This document shows, one piece after another, positions 36,145-49,600 of a DNA stretch of 64,000 nt. The notes under the pieces were generated by a model. It did no database searches, was not told the origin of the DNA, and was given only the letters and a program-made list of their open reading frames with translations. How positions within the stretch are numbered: the stretch's first letter is position 1; each line of letters starts with the position of its first letter. The translations under genes and the position numbers were made by a program. The DNA is from Malacoraja senta (Eukaryota), in contig CM075994.1 of the NCBI GenBank assembly GCA_038087875.1, positions 5,022,001 to 5,086,000 on the forward strand. Direction: 5' to 3'.

Positions 36145-37019
36145 CTATGAAGAAAAATCATTTTATGTTGGCACAATTCATTCATTTGGTCAATAATTGG
36201 GCCATCTATTATTAACATACAAACCAAATTCATGAATATATTTTTTAACTTGAGTGTACAGAAACTAAGGTTTTTCACAGTATCTTGGTAATCGTCACAA
36301 TAAAAAGTAATTGAAATTAATGCTCGGCGCTGCCACAAATATTTCCTTTCTTCTCCCAATCTCGCTGTGCAACGTATAGCTTTGCAACATATTTTCGAAT
36401 TTTTCGAATTCATATCAAACTTTACTTGTTTCTATTTATGTATTGCGATACATGCGGAAGCGCCATAAAATGATAAAACATCTTGCATATGTTACATTTG
36501 CACGGAGTGCTAACGGACGTATCGACGACAGGAAATAACAACGTGTCCTCTCTCCACTGATGTCCTATGACGATCTAGGTTTTTCAGCATTTCGGCATTT
36601 TTGATTTTAACTTCATATAATCTTTATCCGTAGTCGTTTTGTTATCATTTTTTTTTTTGCTTTTCAGATAATGTATAGATGCATATGGACATTATATATG
36701 GAAAGTAAAGCAAGACTATTGCGATCGAGATCATTGTGAGTTTTTACTATAGTTGATTATCGTAACCTTGATATTGATTTAAGTTATTGGATTTGATTTG
36801 TCCAAAGATATTACTGGAGAAAAGATAACCTTCAACATTTCTTGCTATGTTTCTTTTGTCCAAAGAAAAATTGCGAACTTCATTTCGAGGGGTTGTGTGG
36901 CGGGGGGCATGATTAAGACGATAAAATATATTTAACAAACAGTTGAATAATCAAATCAAAGAAGGCTGTAGGTCATGTAATAGAATATGGTGGTTTAAAT
37001 TGTGAATGTTGCAATGTCG

Positions 37020-37305
37020 TAGTCATAGAGTCATAGAGTCATAGAGTCATACAGCATGAAAACATGTCCTTGGACCAAACCTGCGCACACAGGACAACAT
37101 ATGCCAAACTGCCTACGTTTGTTCCACATCCCACCAAACCGGCCATATCCATCTACCTCCTCGGGCAACTTGTTCCATGCACCCACCACCTTTTCTGTAA
37201 AAACGTTACTCCTCAGATTCCTATTACATATTTCCCTCCACATTAAACGCATCTCCTCTGGTTCTCGATTCACCTACTCACGGCAACATACTCTGCGCAT
37301 CTATC
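37020..37305 (-). mobile_element. CR1 3' fragment with (catagagt)n tail
   Basis: Tandem catagagt units; FTEKVVGAWNKLPEEV in ORF 37031-37273. Confidence 0.8.
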
Positions 37306-37370
37306 GCCGAAGTATTTGACTATGCTCTATGATGCGACGTGATTTTTATGTCAATAGAAATATGGCTTAC

Positions 37371-37406
37371 CCATTGCTTTGACAGTCTTTTCCAGTTCGT
37401 CAAATT
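37371..37406 (-). CDS. Candidate 36-nt phase-1 micro-exon (EFDELEKTVKAM)
   Basis: catttctatttctcag|AATTTGACGAACTGGAAAAGACTGTCAAAGCAATGG|gtaagc; strong splice signals, heptad pattern. Confidence 0.8.
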
Positions 37407-39011
37407 CTGAGAAATAGAAATGATCGAACATTTACTTGGCCAACAATATTTATAAAGAAAACAAAATCAAAATACACCCTCGGATATCACAAATTGAAAG
37501 AAAGCAAATAGGCTTCAAATATATTCCTTTATACATTAATTTACCAAAGAAATACCTGAAATCAAGTAATGCAACAGAAGGTAGTCACAAAATCCTGGAG
37601 TGACTCACCATGCCAGACAGCATCTCAGGAGAAGAGGAATATGTGACTTTACGGGACGAGACCCTTCATCAGATTGAGAGTCAGGGGAAATGGAAAAGAG
37701 ATATATAGGAGGTGATGTAGAGATATATTGTAGATCAGTGGATCATGTTATGAGTCATGCTTTTGTAGTTACGCCCACTAGCTTATTATCGTCGCGAGCT
37801 ACTGCACTCCTCAGTATGAAGCTCAGTCTCAAGTAAGAGCTTGTAGATGTTTATTCTAACTATACAGTGTATAACCTGCCAAGGTGAGAGGACTATATTA
37901 TTACAAGGACCCAAAACCAACATGGTGTCAAAGTTTACGATCTCACCCTCGGTTTGATTATATTGTTTTTATCTTATTTTGTTTTGTTTTACCACGATTA
38001 TGGCTGCTGCTCTTAGGAAGCCGGAGATATTGGTGTTTGATGCTGATCTTGTAAAACGACGGCGTGTATTCGAGGAAGATTTCTCTATTTACATTGATGC
38101 TGCTTATCCGAACGCAGCACCCGCTCTTCGGTCCTCGATCCTCTTTGACTTAGCAGGCACGGAAGCTGCTCGACTTGCCAGAAGATTTCACTATGCACCG
38201 GCTGGTATGGATGATAATAACGTACAAATTCCAGCAAAGTCCCCGTGACCCCGAGTGCCTCCTACGTAAATTCTGACAACTATGTGAGTTACAAATCAAT
38301 GTGAGCATTGAACGACATAATTTGTTCTCATTGTGTCAAAAACAAGAAAAACCAGTCGAGCTTTATGTCATTGTGATTTTAGAGAAATAGAATCGAGTCT
38401 GATAAGAGACAGATTAATACATGGCATATTGAATGATAAACTACGGGATGAATTGTTGCGTAAAGTGGGCCTGACCTTGGAAGCTGTTGAAAACCGCTGT
38501 CGCATAACTGAGTTAACCAATGCCCACATTAAAGCGCTAACATCTCCTGCTGTTCGTGAAGACAATGCAGCCAGCGTGTCTAATCAAATTACAACTCGAC
38601 GGTTTCAGGGGCCAGTTAACAGCCCAAGATGGATTACTAATTGCTTTAATTGCCGCAGCTTCACACACTGCAATTCGCTACCGGTGTCCGGCATTTAGAA
38701 AAATCTGCAGGCTCTGTAACAAAATAAACCATTTCGCTAAATGCTGCAAATCGGGAAACAACTTATTTCAAATGAGACAGTCTGTCAGCTTGTTAAGCCA
38801 GGATGAATATTCTAGCTCCCTGCTCCCACATACAGATGATGACAGCACAGAGATGAATGTGCATACTATGTCTGGTTCAGCGTCCAAGATCGATCCCAAG
38901 GTCAAAGTGCTCATTAACGGCAGAACTCGTTATATTAAGGTGGATTCTGGGACCGCTGTAATGCTATCTCTTTGGCTGTCTTCCAAAAGCTACAAAACAC
39001 AGAAGGTATAA

Positions 39012-39606
39012 AGGCCGTGTCTTACCTGTTTGCGGTCATCGGCGGTGAAGCGCGGCGTCGCCGGTAGCGAGGACCGCGCGGCAACGGCGAGAGCGTCGAG
39101 CCTATCCACCGGAGCGCCGCACGCATGCTGCGCGGGGGCCGAGTTAATTCAAACACGGCGGGTCCCACGTGCTTGCGGTAAGTAAAAAAAAGGGCGGGCC
39201 GACTGCGATGACGTCGGCCCCCCGCACGTGACTCACCAGCGGCGGCGGCCATCCTGATCGCGGCGCTGTAGTGGTGGCTGTGCCTGCGGCCGCGCAGCAC
39301 ACGTGCCTCACTGGCGGCGGCACGTGCGTCACTGGCGGAGGCTGTGGCAGAGGAGGTTTGACGCACGGCGCTCGAGCCACACTGGCGGCGGCCCGTGCGA
39401 GCGGCCGTGCGCACTCGTGCATCACTGGTGGAGGTTGTGCGGTGAGTATTTGGTTTTCGACATTGTCGATTTTATTTTTGCACCGCGCGGTGTTGGGAAC
39501 ACCGTCGCACGGCCCGGGAATTGTTCTTTCTCACGAGTGCGCGGTCTATGGCGGCAGATTCTTCCCGTTTCGCCGCCAATGACCGCAGATTCGTGAGACA
39601 GACCTT
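39012..39606. mobile_element. GC-rich PIF/Harbinger-type MITE, copy 1
   Basis: TAA TSD (39009-39011, 39607-39609); imperfect ~40-bp TIRs. Confidence 0.85.
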
Positions 39607-39773
39607 TAACTCAGACAATGGTTTCACTTATCTATTTTAATGGTGCAGCACTGCATGCTATCGGCCAAGTACATTACGTTGCCATCTAAAAGCGGGTGAC
39701 CACATTATGGATGTTTACGTGCTGCGCGAGTAGGTACCGTCCATACTGGGTGCGGATGAAGGCCATGACATGG

Positions 39774-42700
39774 AATAGTAAGATTAAACGAGAACTTACC
39801 AGTTAGAAGTTCGTTCTTTATTTTATGAGGAGTAACGTTGAGGGATTATGTGAAGAAGACCCCGTCCAGCCGCTCACGCATCAATCTTCAAAGCAGCGGT
39901 GAAAATCACAGACGATAATTACTGAAGTATGATAGTAAGATGCATAAAGACTTACAACTACCAGCTCGATCATTTTATGAGGGTGGGAGCGGAGGGCACG
40001 TAATCCCTCAACGTTACTCCTCATAAAATAAAGATCAAACTTCAAACTGGTAAGTTCTCGTTTAATCTTACTATTTTACTTCGGAGTCACGTGAGTGACT
40101 ACGTGAAGATTTCAAAGCTCAGTGATTTCACACCGTGGATTAAAATCCAGGTGCTCACTGCACTGATTGACTCTATTGAGTAAGCACAATGAACAATGCA
40201 TAACCACAACATTAAATGTAATCAGTTGATGGTTTTATTTATTTGAACAAAAGCAACAAAATTAGGCCCATTTATTATAATGGGGGATTTAATACTGAAT
40301 CCAGCACGGCATCAACAAACAGCCCGAGATCTTTAATCTCCTTATGGTAATACGTGTGAAACATCTGTTCACTTGCCCATCCTGCGGCCGCGAGGATAAG
40401 GTCTATTGGCACGTCTGAATCCCTGGCCGCCGATGTTGATGCCGCCCTGGAGGAATGAGATTTAAATTTATCAATATCAATACCTGAATAAATCAACACC
40501 TGTTTCAGCCATCTTGAAATTGTCTGTGTTGACACTTTCTTATGAGGCTTTTTATGACTACTAAAAATTGCCAATTCTGTGCCTCTCAAGATTCTTGTTG
40601 TTTCTATGTAACATTTTACATATGTTACTACACATAGCCGTGGATCTGTAGGATATGCTAAAAACTCCAACTTACATCCCATGAACCCAGGTCTACTTTG
40701 CTTCAGCAAATCCTAGGCATAGAATGTAACGGCATTCGCCCCTACTTTCATTCTGTCAATTCTTAGTTTCTGTAATGTTTGAAGTCTCTGAGCTGAAGCT
40801 AATGCCATGAGCATAACCAATTTCATGGTGATTTTGGCTAATGACAGAGTTTCAATAGGATTCCAATCCCTCAGCAGCATCAGTACATTTTTTACATTCC
40901 AGATTTCTGTATAGCTAGTTCTAGGTGGATTGGAGTTAAAAATTCCTTTCATAAACCTACAGACCCAATGATGTGATCCTATTGGGTTTTGTTCTGATTC
41001 ACTGCTTACATATGCAGAGAGTGCACTTCGTGCAGTATTGATTGCACTATAATATAATTTTAATTCGTAGTAAAGAGTTGAAAGAAACTCTAATACATCT
41101 GAAATTTCTGCTGTGTTATATGCAATATTCTTTCCTGAACAAAACACCTCCCATTTCTTTATATAGGAAATGTACTATTCCTCCAGGCTGCTGTCATAAC
41201 ATCCACCGTACGATCAGATAATCCTTTTCCAAGATATGGCCTTCTTAGAATCTGCAAATCAACAAACCAATACGATCATGTAAAGGATGTGGTTCACCAG
41301 TCACAGGGTGTACAAGCAGTTTTATCTGCTTTGGAATAATCATAAGGCACTTTTTGATCATTTTTAACACCAGTCGGTACCATAGCTGTGTAGGCCAATC
41401 TGGTACTACCAAAATCCCTGAGGCTGAGTCTTGTTTAATTTTCTGTATGCATCTATTGATTAAACAAAGTGGTGGAAATGCATACAGAAACATACCACCC
41501 CAATGTAGAGATAAAACATCCACCGCTACTGCACCAGGATCAGGTTCCCATGACACATACTTAGGCAATTGGTGGTTTAGTCTTGATGCAAACAATCACC
41601 CTCTGGCATTCCAAATTGTGTTACAATTTGTGTAAATATTTCCTGATGTAACATCCATTCCGTAATATCATTAAATTTACGTGATCTTTTGTCTGCAATT
41701 ATGTTAAATTTTCCTGGTAAATATATTGCTGACACTCAAATGTTCCTGGCAATAGGCCAGGTCCAAATTTACTTTGCCAATCTATCACATGATTCTGATT
41801 TGATACTACCCATGTGATTTATGTATGCTACAGCTGTAGTATTGTCAACCTGTACCTGAACATGCACATTTCCCATAATAGTGCAATAAGCTTTAAGGCC
41901 ATATAATGCTCCTAACAGCTCTAGGTAATTGATCCCCTGATTTTCCAGCAAAGGTACTTCATTCACATTCCACCTACGTCCACAGCTGGAAATCATGTTA
42001 GTTGCGCCACATCCAAGAGCACTTATATCAGTCTGTAGAATGACGGAAGGTGTTTCTACCAGACCTTTTCTGGAAGCATTAGAGACATTGTTAATCCACC
42101 ATTCTATGTCTGTAATGGATCCAATTGTCAATTTCATGGGCCTGTCAAAATGCCATGTATTCATTTTTAATGCTTGTACCTTAGCCCTCTGCAAACATTG
42201 ATAATGCAATGGTCCAAACCTGACAGTTGGAAACCCAGCAATTAATTTGCCCAGCAAGCTTGCCACTTCTCTAATTGAAGGTGTGTCCTAGTTTATGAGT
42301 TTGTTGCAACCTTCAATTAACTGCAGCCTTTTCTCTTTTGGCAAGGTGATTAACATGTGTTCAGAGTTAATTCTGAACCCTAGGTAATCAATCTTCTTGC
42401 TTGGTAACAATTTAGATTTTTGTAGGTGAATAATGAAACCCATTTTTTCAAAAATGTACTTGACTCGAGATACTGACAATTTTGCAGTAGCCAAAGTGTC
42501 CCCTATAATCAGAATATCGTCTAAATAGGCCATTAGTACATGGCCCTCAGCTCTTAGCAGAGCTAAAATTGGTTTGAGTAATTTTGTGAATAATCTTTGT
42601 GCTGAAGTCAGGCCATTGGGCAATGCTTTAAATTGCCATAACTGACAACCATCTAAATTTCAAATATCTTTGATCATTACCATGCATTGCCACAGAATAT

Positions 42701-44883
42701 TATGCATCTTGCAGATCTATGCTTGCCATATAGGATTTTTTTTTTGTGATCAGCTGAATGGCATTAGTAAATGTTTCCATTTTGAAATGTTTGTATTGTA
42801 TATAAAGGTTAAGATTTGTCAGATCCAAAATGATTCTACACCCAACATCCTTTTTTGCTCTAGGTAAAATATTTGATACAAACTGATGGTGTTGTTCTAC
42901 TGACTTCTCTATTATCCCCTTTTTGCTTAAAGTTTCTAATTCTCCTTTGATCAACTTATTCTCTTCCTTTGAGAAAATCCGTGACCAGCTTGAATTTTGC
43001 TGAATTGGAGGATCCAAGTGTGGATAGAACTCAATTTTGAATCCTACAATGCTACTTATAATAAATGAATCATTTGTTATTAACTGCCATTTTTTTAGGA
43101 AGAATCGTAACCTCCCCCCTATTTGTGAATGTGAAACATTTGTTGTATTTCTTACCAGACCAGGACCCCCTACCTCGGGGTTTGCCACCGGCAAGTGTTG
43201 TCCCATTCTGGTAGGCATATTGGAACCTCCACTTATCCCCAGTGCAGCACGCCAACGTGAATGATCGGATTGTTCCTTCTCCAGCACCTGCATTCCGTCT
43301 GAAGGGATACTGCCTTCGCACCGCTCTGCTCAGCATCGGTGGTTTCATCATCATACCGCTCATGGTCTTTGACTCTTCATTCAAGTCTTTTAGTTTCTTT
43401 GCTAGATTTTCTGCAAACAGCAGATTAGGCATTTGTATGTTGGATGGTTTGCAGAGCCCTGCATACTTTGGATGAAAATTTGGTCTTATTGCATTTTTAC
43501 GAATACAATTTATTTCAAAGTGCGCACTACACATGAGTGCTAAGGATTCTTGTTGTGAATCTGATATGAAATCATCATCCAATCCCCTGGCAAACGCCCT
43601 AATGCCTGACCCCAGCAATTTCAGCACTCGTTGTAATTTCAATTCTTGTTAGCGTAAACCAATGCTCAAATAACCCCATATCAAGTTATTCACTGCTGGA
43701 AATGTTAGCAAGTCACAATTCGCCGGGGACTCATACTGTTTAATAGTCTCATCCATAGTTACTTCCTGGAGCTGATGGGAGAGAAGTTAATTTATAGTCA
43801 TTGCTATTTCCTCTCTGAAAGGTTCCCCTTTTATTCTGGGAACAGCAATCTTTTGTGCTAGTCCTGGAACTTTTAGCTCTGATAATGGGCTCTCATCCTC
43901 ATAGAAATCATCCTCTGAATCTAGATGTTCCTCTTCAGGTTGGGTAACTTCTGGCTGCCCTGTTTCAGGTAAGTCTATGCCAGATTCCCCTTGCGCAAGC
44001 TCTCTTATAGGCCCACGTATATGCAGCCCTGTCCCAGGTGCTGCTGGCGCTGGCTCAACTCTAGGCCAACGCTTCATAATTTTTTTCTTTTGAAATTGTC
44101 GGTGCTGGCACATTTGTACGTTTATACTGTCTTTATTCAGACATTTCTGGTACTGGCTCTCCAGTAGGCCTGTACATATATTGCCTTTTTGCTGGCATTT
44201 CTGGCACTGGCTCTCCTGTAGGCCAACCACTGTAATAGCTTTGCACAGGCATTTCTGATGGCTCTCCTGTAGGCCACCCTTGTGCTTGTCCCATCCAATG
44301 CACACCCTGTGCTATATCCTCCATTGGCCAACACCGACCTAAATCCTCCTGCGGGGGTTCTTTGTAAATCATTTTACCCATCAGGAGCTCTAAGCTAGCG
44401 ACCCTTGCAGCCATAACATTTTCTGCTTCAGGAGGGTATACCTGCGGGTGTGACTCTTCCGAGTCTACAGGTCGGGCCGACTTTTGTCCTGCCTTGCGCC
44501 CCGCCGCCGGCGGTTTAACGGCACATTAAACGGGAGTTAATGGCTTCGATGCCACTGACTCCTCTGACTGACGCCCGCTACCCTTAGAATCTGCGGTTTT
44601 ACCTGCGGTGCGTCCCTGGCCTCTCCTTCACCTACGCCCCTTTCCCATTGTAACTTGTGTGGACCTCTACCAACAAGTCTGAGCGGGAAGAAAAGCGCTC
44701 TGTAAGTGAAAGTGAAACCACTTACCTTCCGACTTTTACTTTAACTTTGCTTTACTCACCGCCTGGAGGAGCTCCTGCTCCTCCACACACGGTCATGAAC
44801 GCTATGCGTCTGATCGATATGACGCGTGTGCGGCTGGACGGGGTCTTCTTCACGTGATCACTCATGTGACTCCGACGTAAAAT
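39774..44883 (-). mobile_element. DIRS1-type retrotransposon, second subfamily, uninterrupted but degenerate
   Basis: ORF1, RT (YLDD), RNase H (INYLELL), methyltransferase-like (FASRLN..YAFPP), YR (HSSRAASTS); ICR at about 39995-40110; AAT at both ends. Confidence 0.96.
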
Positions 44884-47800
44884 TGATTTCCTTCAGTCCT
44901 TCAGTCTGTCCACTGACTGTAGACTATGATTTTACACATCACATTTTAACACAATAAAAGGACTTGTTTAACGACGAGTTGGGCGTGATGCCTGCCAGAT
45001 GCACAATTACAATTGACCCTTGGGCAATCCCAGTTGTTCGTCCAGCTCACAGGATTCCCCATGCTATGCGGGATCGAGTACAACGTGAACTTAACATAAT
45101 GGTGGCTGTTGGTATGATTACTCCCGTAACTGAACCCTCAGACTGGATCTTCTCAATGGTTGCCACTACTAAGAAGAATAAAGACGATATACGGATGTGT
45201 ATCAACCCTAAGGACATAAATACAACAATTAAGATACCACGTTATTCAATGCGTTCAGTGGACGAGATTGCGGCACAGGTGGCCGATGCAACTGTATTAG
45301 CAGTACTAGATGCCAATAATTCATTCTGGCAGATTCCACGGGCACATAAATCCTCCAAGCTGACAACTTTCAGTACACCGTTCGGACGATATACATTTTT
45401 GAGAATGTGCTTTGTTACAAGTCCTGCCATTGAAGTGTTTCAACAATCCATGGAGCAATTGTTTTCCGGATACCCATGCTCCATCGTAGTGGACAATATC
45501 CTCATTGCTGGGAAAACGATCGCGGAACACGACGCCAATGTGACCAAAAGTATTGAACGGGCCGATGCCATCCATCTCAAACTCAATCCTCAAAAAATAC
45601 AAATTCAGAGTGAATGAGATAAAATACCTAGGCCATATATTTACCAAGGACGGCCAGAAAACCTATCCATTGAAAACCAGTGCCATTAATGAACTCCCAG
45701 CACCCATTGACGTGCCCAACTTGCAGAGGTTCCTTGGCATGGCGAACTATTTGAGCAAATCCATTCCTGATTTCAGCGAAACGTCAGCCCCATTACGCCT
45801 TCTCACACACAAAGACACTGCTTGGTCCTGGCATAAACAACAACAGACAGCATTTGACACTTTTAAACGGCAGATGTCAGCCACCCCTACTCTAGCGTAC
45901 TTTGATCATAGACTGCGTGTTACACTTACATGTGACGCCTCACAACATGGCCTGGGCGCTGCATGCATTCTGAATGATGGCCATGGCAATAAGCCTGTCG
46001 CCTATGCCTCACACACCATGTCTGCACAGAACAACGATATGCCCAAATTGAAAATGAATTACTAGCGGTTGTTTTTGCCTGCACAAACTTCAACGATTTC
46101 ATCTTTGGTCGCACAGTTACAGTTGAAACCGACCACCATCCTCTTATCAGCATTTTCAACAAACCTATTCATAACTGTCTAGCGCGCCTACAACGGATGC
46201 TACTATAACTTCAAAAATATGACATTGTCCTCACCTACAAACGTGGAGAGGATATGCGCCTGGCAGACACTCTTTCACGTGCACCTCGGAAGACCTGCGA
46301 GGATCTGCCCTCACAGGATAATTAATTTATCGTGATGTCCGTATCATTCATCTCTTCATCATGTATGGAGGACTTAGGTGGCCACAATGCCACCGACAAG
46401 ACCCTACGGTCCCTGACTTATGTCTTTAAGCGCGGCTGGTCAGACAAGCACTACAACGTTCCTTTGCCAGTCCGACCTTTCTTCCCTGTTCGGGACGAAT
46501 TGGTGCTAGAACACGGGATTGTTTTAGAAGGACACCAAGCCGTGGTACCAGCTTCGTTGCATCACCGGTATTTCGACGCTGTTCATGCAGTACACCCAGG
46601 CGCTGAAGCCACTGTTTCACAGGCGAAAAGCTTGTATACTGACCTTGCATGGCCGAATACATAAACGACAATGTGGCAGAGTTCTGTGTGCAATAGCATG
46701 GCACATCATCAACAAAAGCAACCACTCTGCCACATTCTGTACCTGCACTCCCGTGGTCTACAGTGGCAGCTGATTTATTTGAGTGGCACGGCAAGCAGTA
46801 CCTGGTACTCGTGTTCGTATTCATGGTGGTTCGACTTTGATTTTCTGAGCAGCCCAACTTCCAGCGGCGTGATTATCTCGTCATTTTTTTAAACCATTGA
46901 TCTCCAGGCAAGCTGTTGACTGACAATGGCAGCCAGTTCACCAGCCAACAATTCAAAGAGTTTCCTAGACGATGGAATGTTCACCACATCACCAGCAGCC
47001 CTGAGTATGCAAAATCTAATGTGCTGACTGGACGGGCTGTCCGTATTGCGAAACAACACATGGAACGCTCTCACAGGGCCAAGTCTGACGTATTCCTAGA
47101 TTTGCTCAACTTACGCAACATTTCCCGTTACCCTGATTTGGGTTCCACTGGTCAACGATTATTGTCAAGACAGACCCGTACTACGTTGCCCGTCGCAGAA
47201 CAATCGTTAGTCCCACATGCCTTTCCACCTGAGGATGTTCAAACCAGGTTACGACAGAAGAGTGACATTCAAATAAATGGTTCGACAAGACGATCAGGCC
47301 CCTGCCACCATTGACCAAAGGACAGGTGGTCCGCTTACAGATGGACAAAAGTCATGAGCGTGTTGGAGCGATTTCTGGTCAAGCTTCGGAGCCACGCTCG
47401 TACATTGGTAGAGCCGATGGCGACACATACCGACTAAACATGCAACATCTCCAGCCTGTGAAGGAGCCAATCCCTCCACTCTATTCTCCGGATCGTACAA
47501 GTTCATTTCACTTTGCATCTGGTGGCCCTCACATGCTCTTGCCAACACAACAATCCATGCCTGTGACAGGTCCTCTGTCTGTCCTATCTTCGCCTGTGCC
47601 ACAGTCTCATGCTTCGACCCCAGAGGCGTTGGTCCACTCCCCAACTCTGAAATCACCAATTCTTTCCCCGGGGAAGAGGAATGGAGATTGCCTCATTCGT
47701 ACACGTGCCGTTCGTGTTAGCAGGCAGGTTGTGAAGTATCCGGACAATGTTTGACTTTACATACGTTTTCATCGGTTGTGATTTTTGCTTTGTTTAGTTA

Positions 47801-49419
47801 TGGGTATAGGGCTATTGATTCTTTAAGAGGGGGATGTAGGTCAGTGGCTCGTGCTATGTCATGCTTTTGTAGTTACGACCACCAGCTTATTAGCGTCGCG
47901 AGCTACTGTACTCCTCAGTATGAAGTTAACTCTCAAGTAAATGCTTGCAGTTGTTTATTATAAATAAACAGTGTATAACCTGCCAAGGCGTGAGGTCTTT
48001 ATTATTACAAGGAGTCCAAACCAACAAATATAGAAGAAATGAATGCAATATATGGAAAATAGTAATGATGATAAAGGAAATAGGCCGTTGCTAGCTGTTT
48101 GTTAGGTGAGAACGAGTACATACAATGAGACTCATCAAGGCAACTTTGAAGCTTGTACGACTTGCCTGGGGAAAAATGGAGAGAGAGGGAATACGTGGGG
48201 TTACTTGAAGTTAGATATATCAATATTCATATCACTAGGTTGTAAGCTGCCCAATCGAAATATGACATGTTGCGCCTCCAATTTGCGTTTCGCTTCACAC
48301 GGACAATGGAGGAGGCCGAGCACAGAAAGATCAGTGTTGGAATGGGAACGGGAATTAAACTATTTTGCAACCCGGAGATTAGGTAGGTCCAGACGGACTG
48401 AGCAAAAGTCTTCAACGAAACGATCGCACAATCTACATTTTCTATCTCCGATGTATACGAACTTTTAACAAGATGTTCCTATTCGGTAATCGTTTCGTTT
48501 ATATGCTCCATCCTTTTATATTCAGTTTGTTCGCTTTCTTCAATGATAAAACTGAGCTGAAGCACGAACTGAATGTTACATGATTCATGGTGTTACAGCG
48601 TGCAGGGGTTTCCAAGGTTGTGTGGCTCATATCCTTGAATGCCACCTAAGACATTAATTTATGACCAGTTATACATCTTTTTTGCAGATTAGCCGCGTTT
48701 ATGTGAAAACGCTATTTTGAAAACAAAATATTGACCCTTATCAGGTCGTGTGCTCCAGAATAAGTGTGTTTTATTCAAATAAATAATTTGAACAACAAAC
48801 ATAGCCAGCAAGAAATTTATCTCAGTAAATCAATGCCTGTCCCGCTGAGTTACTCCTGCGTTGTGATTATCTCAGACAAAGAAATGGACACGTTAATCTT
48901 GTATCCTGTAACTAGGGAAAGCGAGGTACTGCGGAGCAGGTAGCGAAGCTCCTGCCCTACAGCTCTAGCGACCAATGTCCAATCCATCTCAACGTTGTCT
49001 GCTTCTCTAAGGTTAAGATTAAACAGAATATGTCAGCAAAAATGTAGTTGTCAATTAAATTAGCAGCATCACGTTTCAAACCCTGTTCAGGAAATAAGTA
49101 GATGTTTTCGAAGACTGCTTAAGCGAACTCCGAGGAACCAGTAAATCATGAGGCCAACTGCGAAGTCACCAAGATAAGCTTTACCTTCCCATAGACATCC
49201 GATGCTAACTCGGCGTCTGATCGGGCACATACCTCACGGCATTATGGTAATAAAGGGAATAGTATGTTTGACACTAAGCCGCGAGTTGTTCTTACAGATA
49301 AATGTTATTAAATAACTGCACGCATCTACCATGAGAGCGCGAGTATCACCTAACAGAGATAGAAAATAGTGTCACCTTCGGGAGTAGAAATGAGCTTCAC
49401 CTTCCGTGAGAGAAATCGT

Positions 49420-49600
49420 NNNNNNNNNNNNNNNNNNNNNNNNNNNNNNNNNNNNNNNNNNNNNNNNNNNNNNNNNNNNNNNNNNNNNNNNNNNNNNNNN
49501 NNNNNNNNNNNNNNNNNNNNNNNNNNNNNNNNNNNNNNNNNNNNNNNNNNNNNNNNNNNNNNNNNNNNNNNNNNNNNNNNNNNNNNNNNNNNNNNNNNNN
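49420..49600. other. Assembly gap
   Basis: Run of N. Confidence 1.

Larger units (their letters stand above)
37729..48026 (+). mobile_element. Ty3/Gypsy LTR retrotransposon, Mag-like, degenerate; hosts a MITE and a DIRS
   Basis: Diverged ~193-bp TG..CA LTRs (37729-37922, 47835-48026); PBS TGGTGTCA; PPT AAGAGGGGGA; approximate TSD TATAT/AATAT; gag IRDRLIHG and tandem Zn knuckles, VDSG protease, RT, CDASQHGLGA RNase H, TDNGSQF integrase. Confidence 0.93.
37575..48465 (-). mobile_element. Penelope-like remnant split by Gypsy insertion (37575-37728 plus 48027-48465)
   Basis: Minus-strand tail ctgatgaagggtctcgtccc at about 37650-37675; 48230-48440 resembles 1480-1660. Confidence 0.65.

Noticed and set aside
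39022-39596. Ala/Arg/Pro-rich ORFs on both strands, also at 57592-58885
   Set aside because: By-product of GC-rich MITE sequence; frames differ between copies.
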